A stretch of 63,544 bases of DNA, the filler included, from Reticulomyxa filosa (Eukaryota > Protista > Foraminifera): NCBI GenBank assembly GCA_000512085.1. It is 25 parts of 25 records of this genome, joined end to end, with 100 filler letters (N's around TTAATTAATTAA, not from the genome) between each part and the next. Parts side by side here need not be neighbours in the genome. Positions count along the whole stretch, not along the records: positions 1 to 2,096 come from ASPP01024899.1; positions 2,197 to 3,272 come from ASPP01016265.1; positions 3,373 to 4,872 come from ASPP01028300.1; positions 4,973 to 6,367 come from ASPP01023789.1; positions 6,468 to 7,886 come from ASPP01034478.1; positions 7,987 to 9,761 come from ASPP01011295.1; positions 9,862 to 11,039 come from ASPP01001710.1; positions 11,140 to 12,475 come from ASPP01046615.1; 17 more parts are not named here. One strand, 5' to 3'. Numbering within the stretch: position 1 is the first letter of the stretch; every line of letters begins with the position of its first letter. The notes beneath the pieces are model-generated. The model was given only the letters and a program-made list of their open reading frames with translations. It was not told the DNA's origin and made no database searches. Made by a program: the position numbers and the translations under genes. Positions 1 through 12,575 of the stretch are shown here, one piece after another.

Positions 1-125
1 AAAAAAAAATCCCCCCCCCCCCCTTTTTTTTTTTTTTTTTTTTTGTACGTTTTTTTTTTTTTAAGGTAAAAAAAAAACCCAGTGACCCCCTCCCCTCCCC
101 CTCCTTGCTAATCTAACAAAATTAG

Positions 126-839
126 GACAACGAAGACATTGTCCAAGGCATGAGCGTATTGGAATTGGAAGATGAAGAGATAAGCGTATCTTCCTGGAAA
201 CAACGACCAAATCCTCAAACACCAACACAAAGTCAAAGTCAAAGTCGAAGTCAAAGCCAAAGTAAAAGTCAAAATAAAAGTCAAATCAAAACAACAAAGG
301 CACAAAGCCAAGAGCAAAGTCAAAGTCAAAGTCAAAGTCAAGGACAAAAGCATGGACAAGGACAAAATGAGACGAGTTTGCAAAAGCAAAGCAAAGGATT
401 GTTGGGCGAGCCACGATCATGGATAAAGGACAATCGCAACAACAACAACAACAGCAATAACGGTGGGAACAGCGAAACGATGTCGAAATCAGGCGATGAA
501 AAAGGCAACCTGAAACATTCCAAGAAAAGTGGCAACAACCAATATTTACACGCAAGCAACGAAAGCAATGAAGTAAGGCCTTCATCATCATCATCATCAT
601 CAACAACAACAACGACGATGATGGCGACAACAACGGCAGCAGTGGAACATTCGTTTGCGGACCCCAGTCGATCGATCGTGTCGTCTCATCCGCCAATGGC
701 CGAGGAACCTTCGCGGTCCTATCACGTCCCAAGCCACAGTTACTCGTACTCGACCTCCTTCACGCACCCGGCGTCTCATCTTTCTCATCCGTCGTTCAAT
801 GCCGTCACTAATATCAATTATAATAATAACAATTATAAT

Positions 840-875
<36 letters not shown>

Positions 876-2080
876 AATAATAATTATTATTATACCGCTA
901 CTTCCGCAATGCAATCGCAAAAGCTGTTGCCGAGTCATCACGTCCACAATCTATCCAGATCTCAAACACAACCGCAATTACAATCGCAATCACAACAAAC
1001 ACAGCAAACGCAATCAATTCAGCAAGCACAATCACAGCCACAGTCTCAGTCTCAGTCTCAGACGCAGACGCAGACGCAGACGGAAACGCAAGCGCAGCAA
1101 AATCAATCACGAAGTAGTGGTCGCATTCACTTTCCTGACAATGAATTAGGTGGAAAGTATGAATATGTTCGATATATTGGCCACGGCAGGTATAAATGTA
1201 TATATACATACATATGTATGTATATGTACATATATACATATATATACATATATATACATATATATACATATATGTATATATGCATATATGTATATATGCT
1301 ATTTATATCGATGTCGACAAAACAATGAAATAATAAAACAAATAAAAAGCTATGGACATGTGTGCCAAGCACGTCGAATAAGCGATAATTTAAGGGTAGC
1401 GATTAAAAAAGTTCCTTACATGTTTCGCAATCCATTGGACGCCAAGCGAATATTAAGAGAACTGCGAATTTTGAGACTGTTAAAAGACTGCCCAAATATT
1501 GTCTCATTAATCGATATATTGCCGCCTGCTGACATCAACAACTTCAATACTCTGTTAATTCATCGTCTACACCTTTTCTTTTTTTTCCCCCCCTCCCTCC
1601 CCTACTACATTACAAACATAAAACACACGAGGCCAAATGCAACTCTGTTTATGTGTATGCGTATGTATATGTGTATGCGTATGTGTATGTATGCGTGTGA
1701 CTTTATATGTAATAGATATATTGTGTTTGAGTTTGTGGACACGGATTTGTCATGGCTCATGAAATCCAAGCAATATTTTCAGTTCAGCTTTTTTTTAATT
1801 TAAAAAAAAAAAAAAAAAGGCGTATATGTTACATTTCTTTTTCCTTCCCATTTGAACAGGAATCTTTGTATATATCTTTTTTTTTACAAAAAAAAAAAAA
1901 ATTATATGCATATTTCTGCGTGTGCGCATATTTGGGCTATGTACAACCAACAGGGAGTTACACATTCAATATATAACTTATCATATACTACTTGCATTAA
2001 AAATCATGCATTCTGCCAATATTGTTCACCGGGACTTAAAACCAGCCAATGTTTTAGTCAATGAAAATGTGTCATGTAAA
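126..2080 (+). CDS. Mitogen-activated protein kinase (CMGC) with long Q/S/N-rich N-terminal extension; multi-exon, partial at both ends
   Basis: Spliced kinase motifs: YIGHG|SYGHVC (intron 1190-1349, GT..AG), [43 protein letters not shown]. An AG acceptor at 124-125 is in frame with the 150..1328 ORF. Confidence 0.93.
829..890 (+). repeat. (AAC/AAT)n trinucleotide repeat encoding poly-Asn
   Basis: Directly visible aacaacaac...aataataat run inside the kinase N-terminal exon. Confidence 0.9.
1195..1300. repeat. Intronic (TA/TACA)n microsatellite
   Basis: tatatacata repeats inside intron 1190-1349. Similar tracts occur in many introns (about 9675, 13910, 19290, 34480, 39010, 54985). Confidence 0.85.
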
Positions 2081-2096
2081 GTTGCGTTTTTTTTTT

Positions 2097-2196
2097 NNNN
2101 NNNNNNNNNNNNNNNNNNNNNNNNNNNNNNNNNNNNNNNNTTAATTAATTAANNNNNNNNNNNNNNNNNNNNNNNNNNNNNNNNNNNNNNNNNNNN
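2097..2196. other. Artificial contig linker N44-TTAATTAATTAA-N44 (first of 24)
   Basis: Identical 100-bp spacers with stops in all six frames start at 2097, 3273, 4873, 6368, 7887, 9762, 11040, 12476, 13602, 20124, 24380, 25648, 26790, 31828, 33048, 35148, 39959, 44050, 45623, 47035, 48143, 49361, 59716 and 61772. Confidence 0.99.
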
Positions 2197-3272
2197 CAGG
2201 CCAATTGCCGCAAAAATACCAGCAAATTTAGCCACATCAAACGGGGCTGACGGTTTGCCGCCGGTTTCAGCCACTTTGGCGGCATCACCAACGCCGGCAG
2301 CACTTTTCGCTTCGATCTCTTTATCTTTGGCGGCAGCAAATTTCTGGATTTGGTCGGAAATTAAGCGGCCGATGCGTTGGTAGGGGGTATAAAACGCTTC
2401 ACGAATGGAAATCGGATTTTGCACGATCGAAGTCACCGTCGCATCCCAGTCTTGCCCGAGTCGGTCGTAATAAACGCCATTACGACCGACCATCAGATTG
2501 CCACCATCACCGGCGGTAACCGCCGCTACAATGGTTTTTTTCGCGCTGCTGCCAGCCCGCACACAGTCCAGATACAACAGATAAGTGCCACTGAGACCGG
2601 CTAATTTAGCGTGTTTAGCCGCGTCGTTGACTTCCATGCATAAGTCGCAGCTGCGCCCGTCAATATACAAGCGGCCATTTTGGAACAGCGCTGGCTGCTC
2701 CAGGCTGTAAAAGCGGGCAAAGCTGACAAAATTGGGCAATAAATCACGTAAATAGCGCTGATAACGCACCAGCTTGTCGACATCAAGAATGGCTTCAGCT
2801 TCTGCCGCGGCTGCGCTGTCCGCCTCAATCAGTGCCTGTGCCTGCGCGACGACGGTCTCGTTACTGATGTTGCTCAGGGTGGCAGCATCAAGCTCAGCCA
2901 ATGGACCGCTGCTGGCCTGTTGATGCCAGTCGCGGTAACTGGCTAATTGCACGGCAAGCTGTTGCCAGTCTGTTGCGCTGATGCTACTTGCTTGCCAACC
3001 GACCAGCTTGGCCAGTTGCGCCAGACGATCCGCCCAATGCGGATGCAAGCCGCTGTGCAGCGGCAAACTGGCGGTTTCGCTGATGCGCGCCAGCGGCAAT
3101 TGGCTGGCTTCGCTGTTTTGTGCCGACAACAGCGATTTCGCCAGTTGCAGATAATCGTCATTATTGCCATTTAACGCTGAAATCGCGTTGGCGTCATAAG
3201 CGGCCAGTTGGCAGCGCGTAAAATAGTCGGTTACTTTGCCATCCAGCTCGTTAAACAAGCCGGCGATTTGCG
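2197..3272 (-). CDS. Bacterial conserved hypothetical membrane-associated protein (internal fragment)
   Basis: Uninterrupted ORF across the whole contig, markedly higher GC than host contigs and no introns. Motifs FQNGRLYIDGRSCDLC, VGRNGVYYDRLGQDWDATV, IREAFYTPY and FDVAKFAGIFAAIGL. Confidence 0.8.
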
Positions 3273-4972
3273 NNNNNNNNNNNNNNNNNNNNNNNNNNNN
3301 NNNNNNNNNNNNNNNNTTAATTAATTAANNNNNNNNNNNNNNNNNNNNNNNNNNNNNNNNNNNNNNNNNNNNAAACAACACTTGTGACTGACTCTTGTTC
3401 GCTTTATTTTGAGGAATCCAATTATTTGCAAACGAAAGAGATCCCATCGGAAGTATATGGATAAATATACTTGCACAAGTGATCCAACACAGAGCTTCGC
3501 TTGCGCAAGTACGCGACTCAAGTGTTGAAAAAGTGTGTGTTGTCCATCAACATTTCCATCATTGCATTTAGAGCTGCACGCATTTGGACACGGTCCATGC
3601 ATTGTTCTATCGCTACCATATTGGAATCCAGTCTCGTATCAAACTGTGCGACAAATTGGTAAGATTCATTATCGCCATTCGAGAGGGGGAAAAGTCGGCG
3701 TTGGAACAAGACAAGCATGATGACTTGATGGGACAGCTCATGGAACAAGTAGCTGCAGATAAGAAGGATGCCAATAGTCGAGCCAGGAACCGAATATCTG
3801 GCAAAAAAGAAAGCAAAAAATTGACGGGGAAGTGGCCGAAAATGAGGAGACCAAAGGGAAGACACTATTGTCGTCGTTGATCCAAAAGATTACATTGTAA
3901 ATCAAATTGGTGATATCACCAAGTACTCGTGAATTTGGACGGACTTGAAGCATCTGGTGTGATCAATAAAAATTATCGAGGTGTCAATTTATTGAAAGAT
4001 GTTTGGAAGCTCATTTGCTCTCATTCAAAAATATCTTGTGCTATTATCCTCTACGGAATTCACACTTTGTTCTTAAATACACTGACATTCATTGGAAGAT
4101 ATACATTTTGCTGGGAAATGAAAAGCGATTTGAAAAACACTACGATCCTTATTGGGCAAAAACGTGTCTCAGATTGTGGTTGTCAATGGGACACTGGTTA
4201 GTCGATGTTATAAACAATAACTCGCCAATTCGAAAATGCAAAGCACAGCAATTATTGTACTTAAATAGCACGGAATTAAAACGCTGAAACATATCATACC
4301 TTTTTGCACTCGAGTATTATAGATCGTGGTATTTTCACCGCACAAAAACAACCACAGCCTCCAAAGCAATCCAATTCCAATGGCGTGCTCTTTGAAGTGT
4401 TTGATGATGAGTTCTTCTTTGATGTGGTGATTGTTGATTGCATTGACAAAGTATAAAAAGAAAAAAAACAATTTTTAAAGGATTGCTCTTAAGAAACAAA
4501 TCCGTCAATCTTGTTCTAAACTGAAAATTTTTCACTACAAATATTCTTCTAAAAAAATTTTTCTCCAACATTAAAATACATTTGCAGCAGTTAACTCGTT
4601 ATGATGAAATGAATATGACAATCTAAAACAATTTTGAAATGAAAAATTGTAAATAAATCTCTTTGCAGTACTAAAAATTGTGAAATAAATTAGTTAATTT
4701 TTTCTTACACAATTCTAAAAGTGTCATTAAATCGATTAATTTCAGAGGATTATTTTTTATCTTTTGTTATTATTATTTATTCAATCCTTTTTTTTTTTAC
4801 AATTTTTTTATCATTTAATTTTTATTAGTTTTTTTTTATAGTTTTTTTGCTTTTTTTAATAAAACGAAAAGTNNNNNNNNNNNNNNNNNNNNNNNNNNNN
4901 NNNNNNNNNNNNNNNNTTAATTAATTAANNNNNNNNNNNNNNNNNNNNNNNNNNNNNNNNNNNNNNNNNNNN

Positions 4973-5793
4973 AAAATAATTTGAAAAAGAAGTATACAAA
5001 TTTGTTCAATTATTTCAAAGTAATTCATAAAAACATATCATTTGTGTAATTTATGGAATTTATATTTACGCAATTTTAATGTTTCAAAGTCAGATATTCA
5101 AATGTTTACTCTTCGAGTTTAGCAAAGCAATAGGTCAATTTAAAAATAAGAAATAAACACATTTAAGACAATGCATCTTGTCACAAGTCAAATTCAACTA
5201 TTGAATTTTTGGAGAATCATCGAATAGCACTATTAGAACATCCTACGCAGAGCCCAGACCTCAATTCAATCGAGAATCTGTTGCAAATTATAAAGACGAA
5301 GATCCACCAAAACCATTAGGCTACATCTTTGGAGCAGCTTTGGGAGGTGTTGAGAAAGAATGTGAAGAGATTGACAAAGATATTTGTAGAACGTTAGTGG
5401 AATCAATGCCTGATATGATAAAAGCTTTGATCAAAGCAAGGGGTGGGCACACGAAATATTAAGAATTTTTGTTTATGTTTTTTGTTTGTTTTTATTTGTT
5501 TGTAACAGTAGTTATTATATATCTACTGCGGAAGCCTCTTCTTGTAAATAATTTTGTAAAAACCAAATACATTCTGCTACTTACCTCAAGGTGATGCAAT
5601 CATTTTTGAAAATTTTTTTCTTCCAATAACTTTTCTAAATTTTTGTTTATTATTTTTACAAACTAATTATAAAAGTGTAAACGTATATCCAGTAAACCAG
5701 AAAAAATAATCACAATTTGCTACTAAAATTTTGATTAGAAACACAAAAAGTTCATATTTTAGGGTTGGCTAATTTTTTTTTGTCGCAACTGTA
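4973..5793 (+). mobile_element. Degenerate Tc1-like DNA transposon, right portion with putative terminal inverted repeat
   Basis: The transposase remnant is followed by 5761-5791, whose reverse complement starts CAGTTGCGACAAAA (Tc1-type CAGT terminus). It is flanked by TA at 5792-5793. The left end is not on this contig. Confidence 0.65.
5161..5462 (+). pseudogene. Tc1/mariner transposase C-terminal remnant
   Basis: Reads I*DNASCHKS...EHPTQSPDLNSIENL...(frameshift)...LVESMPDMIKALIKARGGHTKY*. This matches the Tc1 QDNA / SPDLNPIE / SMP..KGG.TKY motifs, with two internal stops and one frameshift. Confidence 0.9.
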
Positions 5794-8700
5794 GAATAGC
5801 ATACACACGTGCTGGATGGTTGAAAGTGCTCTTACCCATCCCAAAGTTAAACAGAACGCATTCTTTTCCGACATCAGCAACGAAATACTTATTAAGAATT
5901 GCTTTTTTTTTTTGTTCAGTTGTTCGATTCTTTTGTTCCTAAAACAATGCTTAATTTTTTACCATTTTATTTGGATGAAAAATTATTTTCAGTCAGTATG
6001 CTGGCTTCTCAATTGTGTGTTCAAATTACAATGTTTTGTTATAGAAAATGTAATACTGACTAATACTGTATTAAAGTTATTAAATGTTAAAAACATCATC
6101 ATTTTTCTTTCGTCAAGATTGAAATATTTTGTTAGAAGCGTAATTACATGAAAGAGAAATAAATAAAAAATCTGGAACTGACCAACATAATTACTATTTA
6201 ACAAATGTTTTATATAAATATCAACTTTAAATAGATTACATAAACAAATTGTCAATGAATAAAAAATAAATAGTTATATTGTTGAATAATATCAATCCAA
6301 AATAAAATCAAAAATCTTTTTTGATCCTAGCAATCCCTTCTCCATCAGAATCAGTGTTTCTATAAACNNNNNNNNNNNNNNNNNNNNNNNNNNNNNNNNN
6401 NNNNNNNNNNNTTAATTAATTAANNNNNNNNNNNNNNNNNNNNNNNNNNNNNNNNNNNNNNNNNNNNCATTAGAGCATAAGCTTGTAAATGTGGCAAAGG
6501 GAATATCAATTTTATCATTAAATGTGAAAATGCCAATATTCACAAAATATGTGATTCACAACAGCAATAATCCCACTAATCATTTATTAATACAATCATT
6601 TGCCATCTTTTTTCGTCGCCAAAGTTCATCGTTGTGATAAAATATAAACGAAAGTGATGTTATAATATTCACAAATTATTGCACATGACTTTTTGCACCA
6701 TATTGTGCTTCGACTTTCGTTTTGTTCCATTTTAAATTTTAAAATCGTCATTTTATTTTTATTTCAACGTCGTAAGTCTAAAGCTTAAACAAAAATAGAA
6801 AGACACAAATTGCAAGGAGCAAGAGCAAGACAGTATTTTTCATTTTAAATGTATTGTTCAAATGTTGTTGATAGCTTTAGATATTTATTAAAATTTAAAA
6901 CTAAAATTCAACTATCACCACAAAAACTCTGATAATTTTTCATTCTTCGATTGCTCGTATCTTGAGCAAGCTCTTTTTTTTCTTCGTTGGTCTCATTCAC
7001 TTGACGACATTCTTACGAGCTTGAAATGTGTCAAAGAAAGAACTTTCAAATCTTTCTTCATATTCAAAATCACAAACCTCTAACACGTTGATATGCTTTG
7101 CTTTCTGTGCCAAGGTCTCAAAATTTCGGCAACACGTCGTTTTCAACATTACCCAAAGGGGGCCATCCCAATATCAAACAAAATAAATGAACGAAAACTT
7201 CAATTTTCTCTATTATCTTATCAAAAAATTTTTGTTTGTTAATTACAAAAAAAAGTTGTGGAAATAGTATATTTTGCTTTAAATTGTATTTATTTATTGT
7301 TTTTTTCTATTTTTTCCAAAGACGTTTCACAGGTGATTTTTTAAAAAAAAAAACTAGCTAATTGAAATAACTTATTGTTATTGTAGAAAAAAATTAAACT
7401 TTTGTATTCCCTCGATTAATTTAGCAAAAAAATAAGAAACAAAACACTGATGTTTTTGAAGCAGTCTAAATGTGAATTGAACCAAATACTACATACCATG
7501 AACTTTGGAAAAGTGCAGCAAGTAATCTTTGTCAAACTTAACGCATTAAAGTTAAAATTCGAGTCGTAATTGTTGTTTACAAAGAGAAAACGTTTTATTC
7601 AGTAACATCATTTTCAAAAGTTTTTGTGATATAAAGAAAAAGAACGGTTTTTCTTTAATTTTTTTTTTTATATTGTCCGTATCTCTTTATTCTACTCTCC
7701 TGACACTTTACTTTCTATTCTTCATGACTCTTTCAAATCATTTTTTGTTTCAGGAACAGAACCATTTATTGATATTTCGAGATATTCAATTGATTTGTCA
7801 AATTATTCTGTTAGAGAATATTGAAAAACCAAACGAATACATACTTCTGCAAGTGCTATGATTGAATCCAAAAATAGCAATAAGTTNNNNNNNNNNNNNN
7901 NNNNNNNNNNNNNNNNNNNNNNNNNNNNNNTTAATTAATTAANNNNNNNNNNNNNNNNNNNNNNNNNNNNNNNNNNNNNNNNNNNNGACGAAAAACAAAG
8001 TGTTTTCAATTTCAAAATTGTTTTGTAATTGGGGTGGAGGTGAATCTTTACATTGCAATAATTTTAATGATTTATTGTTTGAAAAATATTTTTGTAAGAT
8101 TTTCGCAATTTTGCACCGATTAAAGTTGAATGAAATTTTTTGACGTAAGCGTTTAAGCAAGTCTTGTGTTCTCACTCTTTGCAAAAAAAAAATGAACGAC
8201 GTTCCACCGTTGGAAGACTGCAGCGAATTTTTACAAGAAAATTTTGAACGGCAAAAAATATTTGTACAAACTAACTGTGCAGCATAAGAAATTTTATTTT
8301 GGTTTTTTAAAAACAGGCTCGTGAAAACCCCTTCATATTCCGAACAGAATTTAATAACATCGACTGTTCCACACGTCATAGAAACAAAAAAAAAACTTCG
8401 AAAAAAGGCTTTGCTTCTGGATTTTTGCTAAACCAGCAGAAAAAGACAACATCGAAATCAAAAAAATTTATAAATAAAAATGATGGGCAAAATAAACGAA
8501 ATACTCTTGATTTACCCAAAGAACCAAATAATGGTATATTTTTTAAAATATCTTGTACAAATTTTATAATCTTGCACATTAAAAAAAAAAGTCCCAAAAT
8601 ATGTCAAATCAAGGAAGCACAGAAATTGCTAGAAAAATCACCTGGTATGTACAAAAAAAAATTGTTTTAAATTTTCGTTTTCACAATTTCGATGTATGTT

Positions 8701-9314
8701 GTAAGAATTTGGTAGAGCTAAAATGGCAGAGGTCTTGTGGAACGACAAAAGCATTTGGAATAACATTACATCAGACAAATTTCAGCTCGCGATGGATGAA
8801 ATGTCCAAACATCCACAGGTTAGAAAAAAAAATTATTTAAAGACAAAAATTAAAAAAAAAAAAAAAACTGACAGGAGGCATTGGCGAAATACGCCACAGA
8901 TCCCGACATTTTGCCAACTTACAAAAAAATAATCGAAAGTTGGACAGGGATGTCGTTATGTGAATTTGGCCAATTGTTGAACAAGTAAAAATTTTTAAAA
9001 TCTTTTGCAATCCACTACTACTTTTAAGTTTTACTTTCTTATAGTATTTAAGGGAATTTTTGGGTTGGTAACTTAGTTTAATACTCTTTCGTAAATCAAC
9101 ACCTGAAATCCTTACAAAAAATGCACTTTGTCAGAATGTGCCATAACCAGTTGTAAAGTAATTTAAACTATCGTTTGACTGAGATTAACCTCTGTATAGT
9201 TACAAAGCTTACCGTTTAGTTTAAACTTTTTTTTTTTGATGTTTTTTCCCTTGGCAGCGCAATAAGTCCATAAACTTTGATTATTTTATTATTTCTTTTA
9301 TTTTTTGTTAAGAG

Positions 9315-9661
9315 ATGAGCACTCAACGCCGCCCTGTTATGCAGGGAAGACATGTAGTTCCCCGTGGAGGTGGACAAGAAGCAGGTAGCAACACAGCAAA
9401 TCAGCACACGCAGATCTCTCATGGCACGAATTCGCACAACATGCATCTAGATGTGAAGGAGCTACCTCTTCTCCCAGGAACAAAAATGACGCGTCAATTT
9501 TTTGCGCGTGTTGTGTGTCCAATTTCCTCATTTCTGGTCCTGTTTGTTGGTTACGTCATCTGGACGTTTATCTACGCTTGCAACTTGGAAGTGATCATAC
9601 TGCCAACCGATGGCATCATTTTTACGCTCGGGTGGATTTTATTCGTTGCATCTTTCTTGCG
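9315..9661 (+). CDS. Membrane protein, first exon; possibly DHHC palmitoyltransferase N-terminus
   Basis: ORF with two hydrophobic helices ending ...WILFVASFLR at a GTATGT donor. The layout resembles TM1-TM2 ahead of the DPG motif in DHHC enzymes, but the DHHC motif itself is not on the contig. Confidence 0.4.
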
Positions 9662-10617
9662 GTATGTAGCATATGATATATGTGTATATATATGCATACA
9701 TATACATATATGTGCTCATATACTTATATTTACATTTTGTAATCTATACATGTATTTTTTTNNNNNNNNNNNNNNNNNNNNNNNNNNNNNNNNNNNNNNN
9801 NNNNNTTAATTAATTAANNNNNNNNNNNNNNNNNNNNNNNNNNNNNNNNNNNNNNNNNNNNAAAAAAAAAAAAACATAACATAATTGACAACAAGTCTGT
9901 CAAAGTCTTGGATCCATCCTAATTTAATGCCTGACATCCGGAGCCAGTGTCGAATAATAATTTGAGTTTCTTTTGACTGGTTCGGTTACAAGCCAAATAT
10001 ATTACATTAAACACAATGCGACCTTCTCAAAGATTAAAATGAAGCTTACCTGTGAGAGTTGAATTGCCATTCTTTCAACTTATTTTTTTTTTTTTTGAGT
10101 AGTCTTAGATATGTAAGATAAAATGTTTGAACTTTTTTCTCAAGAGCAACGAAGGGTTTTCAGAAACACTTCGGCGATATCCAACCTCAAAAGTTTTAAT
10201 AAAAACTTTAAAAAAGTTCAAGTAATCCGAAATAAAGCGTAATTGCTATTTTATATTTTTGTCACAGATAATTTGTTATTGTGTATTGGAAGGATAACTT
10301 TTCTTGAATTATGTTCAAAATGATGTTTTACATTAATATTTTTCATTCTCAAGTTACTATTTCATCACGTCATTATTTCTCCCGTTCAAGCAACTTTAAA
10401 ATTTCAATTTTAAAGTTTCTCACTTTACTTGCAAGTCAATACCTTCTCCAGTAAGGGTTTTTTTATATCTGCAATCCCCTCAAACAAATAAATGGAGAGA
10501 AAACACAAAAACAGTACACTGAACTTTTTTTTTTTGACACAAAGAGTGGAAACTTTTGTTCGTTCGTCTTTTTTTAAAAAAGAATAATAACGTTTGTTTT
10601 TTAACAAAGCAAAAGGA

Positions 10618-10993
10618 ATGCCTTTACATATTGTAGTAAAACTAGTGTTCGTTTTGGAACTAATTTTCTGTTGGTCACTGGGAATAGTTTCACTGTTTTG
10701 GCTTCGTCAAATTCATCAAGTACGTTATTTGCCAGTGATCGAAAAACGACATTATGTAGTGCAACTTGCATTAAATATTTGTGTAATTGGTGCTTTATTT
10801 TTTGAAGTGCCATGTAGTTTGATTGCATCTGCATTGATATTGAATGAAGGAAAATCAAATATGAAGGCAAGCGGTTATTTTAGGGAATGTGATTTTACAA
10901 CAAAACTAGCAATTATTGCGTGGGACATATCTTTTACAATTTGTTGTTATGGTCTTTTAAGCCTTTTTCCAGTTCGAACATGGCTGTTGTTAC
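10618..10993 (+). CDS. Multi-pass membrane protein, first exon; 7TM (7TM-RGS/GPCR-like) N-terminal half
   Basis: Three hydrophobic segments with a P-VIEKR-H loop after TM1 and VRTWLL at the end of TM3, then a GTAAAA donor. The pattern resembles 7TM-RGS receptors; no RGS box is visible. Confidence 0.45.
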
Positions 10994-11027
<34 letters not shown>

Positions 11028-11139
11028 ATTTAAAAAAAANNNNNNNNNNNNNNNNNNNNNNNNNNNNNNNNNNNNNNNNNNNNTTAATTAATTAANNNNN
11101 NNNNNNNNNNNNNNNNNNNNNNNNNNNNNNNNNNNNNNN

Positions 11140-12124
11140 TTTCCATAATAATTTACTATCACTTGGAGATTCATATGTTTAATAAAATTATGAAGCAAAG
11201 CATGTTTTCAATTTATCGTGAATGTGCTTGGGTAAACTCGTGTATTTTTTTTTTAAGGTAGTGCAATTTATGGTTTTTTGCAATATCAATCATTGTACAT
11301 TCGCTTTTGTTTTTATGATATGCAAATGAAACATAGTAAATACTTTTTTATTTTTTTACTGTTACAAGAAAATTTAGTTTTACAACAATATTCGGATTTA
11401 CATTGCATATCATTTATTATAAAAAATATACTGAATAATAATAATTGCTTGGTTACGATGTTTTTTCCATTCTTTTTGTTTCTTTTGGAATTTCAATAAT
11501 ACAACGACTTCTCTCGAAAAAAAAAAAAGTATTGAATTATGAAAGTTGTTAAATGAACATCTTCAATTCAAAACTAATGAATAAAAAACAATCAAATTGC
11601 AATGTCAATTAATACTATTCAGTCATTGAAGTCCCACGGACTAACATTAATTCATACAAGCCTGTTTGGCAAGTATTTGATGTTTCGAATGTTCGAAACA
11701 CAAAACAATACATATTTTGTGTTTGAGGGCCTTTCCGCTGTTTGTTTTCTTGGGTCGTTCTTTCTGCATTTAGCTGCTTTGTCTTTCAGTATCTTAACGA
11801 TATCACTAGAACTGAGTAATTATTATTATTCAGTATATTTTTTATAATAAATGATATGCAATGTAAATCCGAATATTGTTGTAAAACTAAATTTTCTTGT
11901 AACAGTAAAAAAATAAAAAAGTATTTACTATGTTTCATTTGCATATCATAAAAACAAAAGCGAATGTACAATGATTGATATTGCAAAAAACCATAAATTG
12001 CACTACCTTAAAAAAAAAATACACGAGTTTACCCAAGCACATTCACGATAAATTGAAAACATGCTTTGCTTCATAATTTTATTAAACATATGAATCTCCA
12101 AGTGATAGTAAATTATTATGGAAA
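11140..12124. repeat. 307-bp long inverted repeat (arms 11140-11446 and 11818-12124, 371-bp spacer)
   Basis: The arms are reverse complements of equal length. The same peptide appears on opposite strands in ORFs 11278+ and 11986-. Confidence 0.93.
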
Positions 12125-12575
12125 GAATTGAGTTTTTGGCTCGTTATGTTGTCTGATATTCAATTAATAAAATGTATAAATGGAATCGTTTCATGGACTA
12201 ATTTCCAAAAAGTGATGTTTTTATTTGAAAAATGTACATATCATTGGTGAAGGTTTTTGTTTTATATCCTATTACTCTGTTGCAATTACACAAATCTTTT
12301 TTAGCAATTTTTTAAAAATAGACACAAGAAAGTGAAATGATATTGGAAAGGTGCTGTTTCACTTTTGATAGATTTGAATAACTAAAGCATTGTCTGTACT
12401 CAACTTCAACGTACTATGTCAAAGGCATACAGGACTATTGAAAAATCTTCAAAGCAGTGGAAACGGCAAGGAGGCNNNNNNNNNNNNNNNNNNNNNNNNN
12501 NNNNNNNNNNNNNNNNNNNTTAATTAATTAANNNNNNNNNNNNNNNNNNNNNNNNNNNNNNNNNNNNNNNNNNNN

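Noticed and set aside
108-1372. Many overlapping ORFs with poly-L/V/I/C or YIYIY peptides (also 12657-13433, 57809-58480 and 62370-62653)
   Set aside because: These are shadow frames of microsatellites or antisense frames of real genes.
3373-4872. Coding-like segment at about 3400-4200
   Set aside because: Stops occur in all frames and no family motif could be supported; it is possibly a decayed gene.
5161-5320. Reassigned stop codons (TAA/TAG read as Gln)
   Set aside because: The in-frame stops occur in a frameshifted transposon fossil. Intact genes end in TAA (29398, 60684) and their long ORFs have no internal TAA/TAG.
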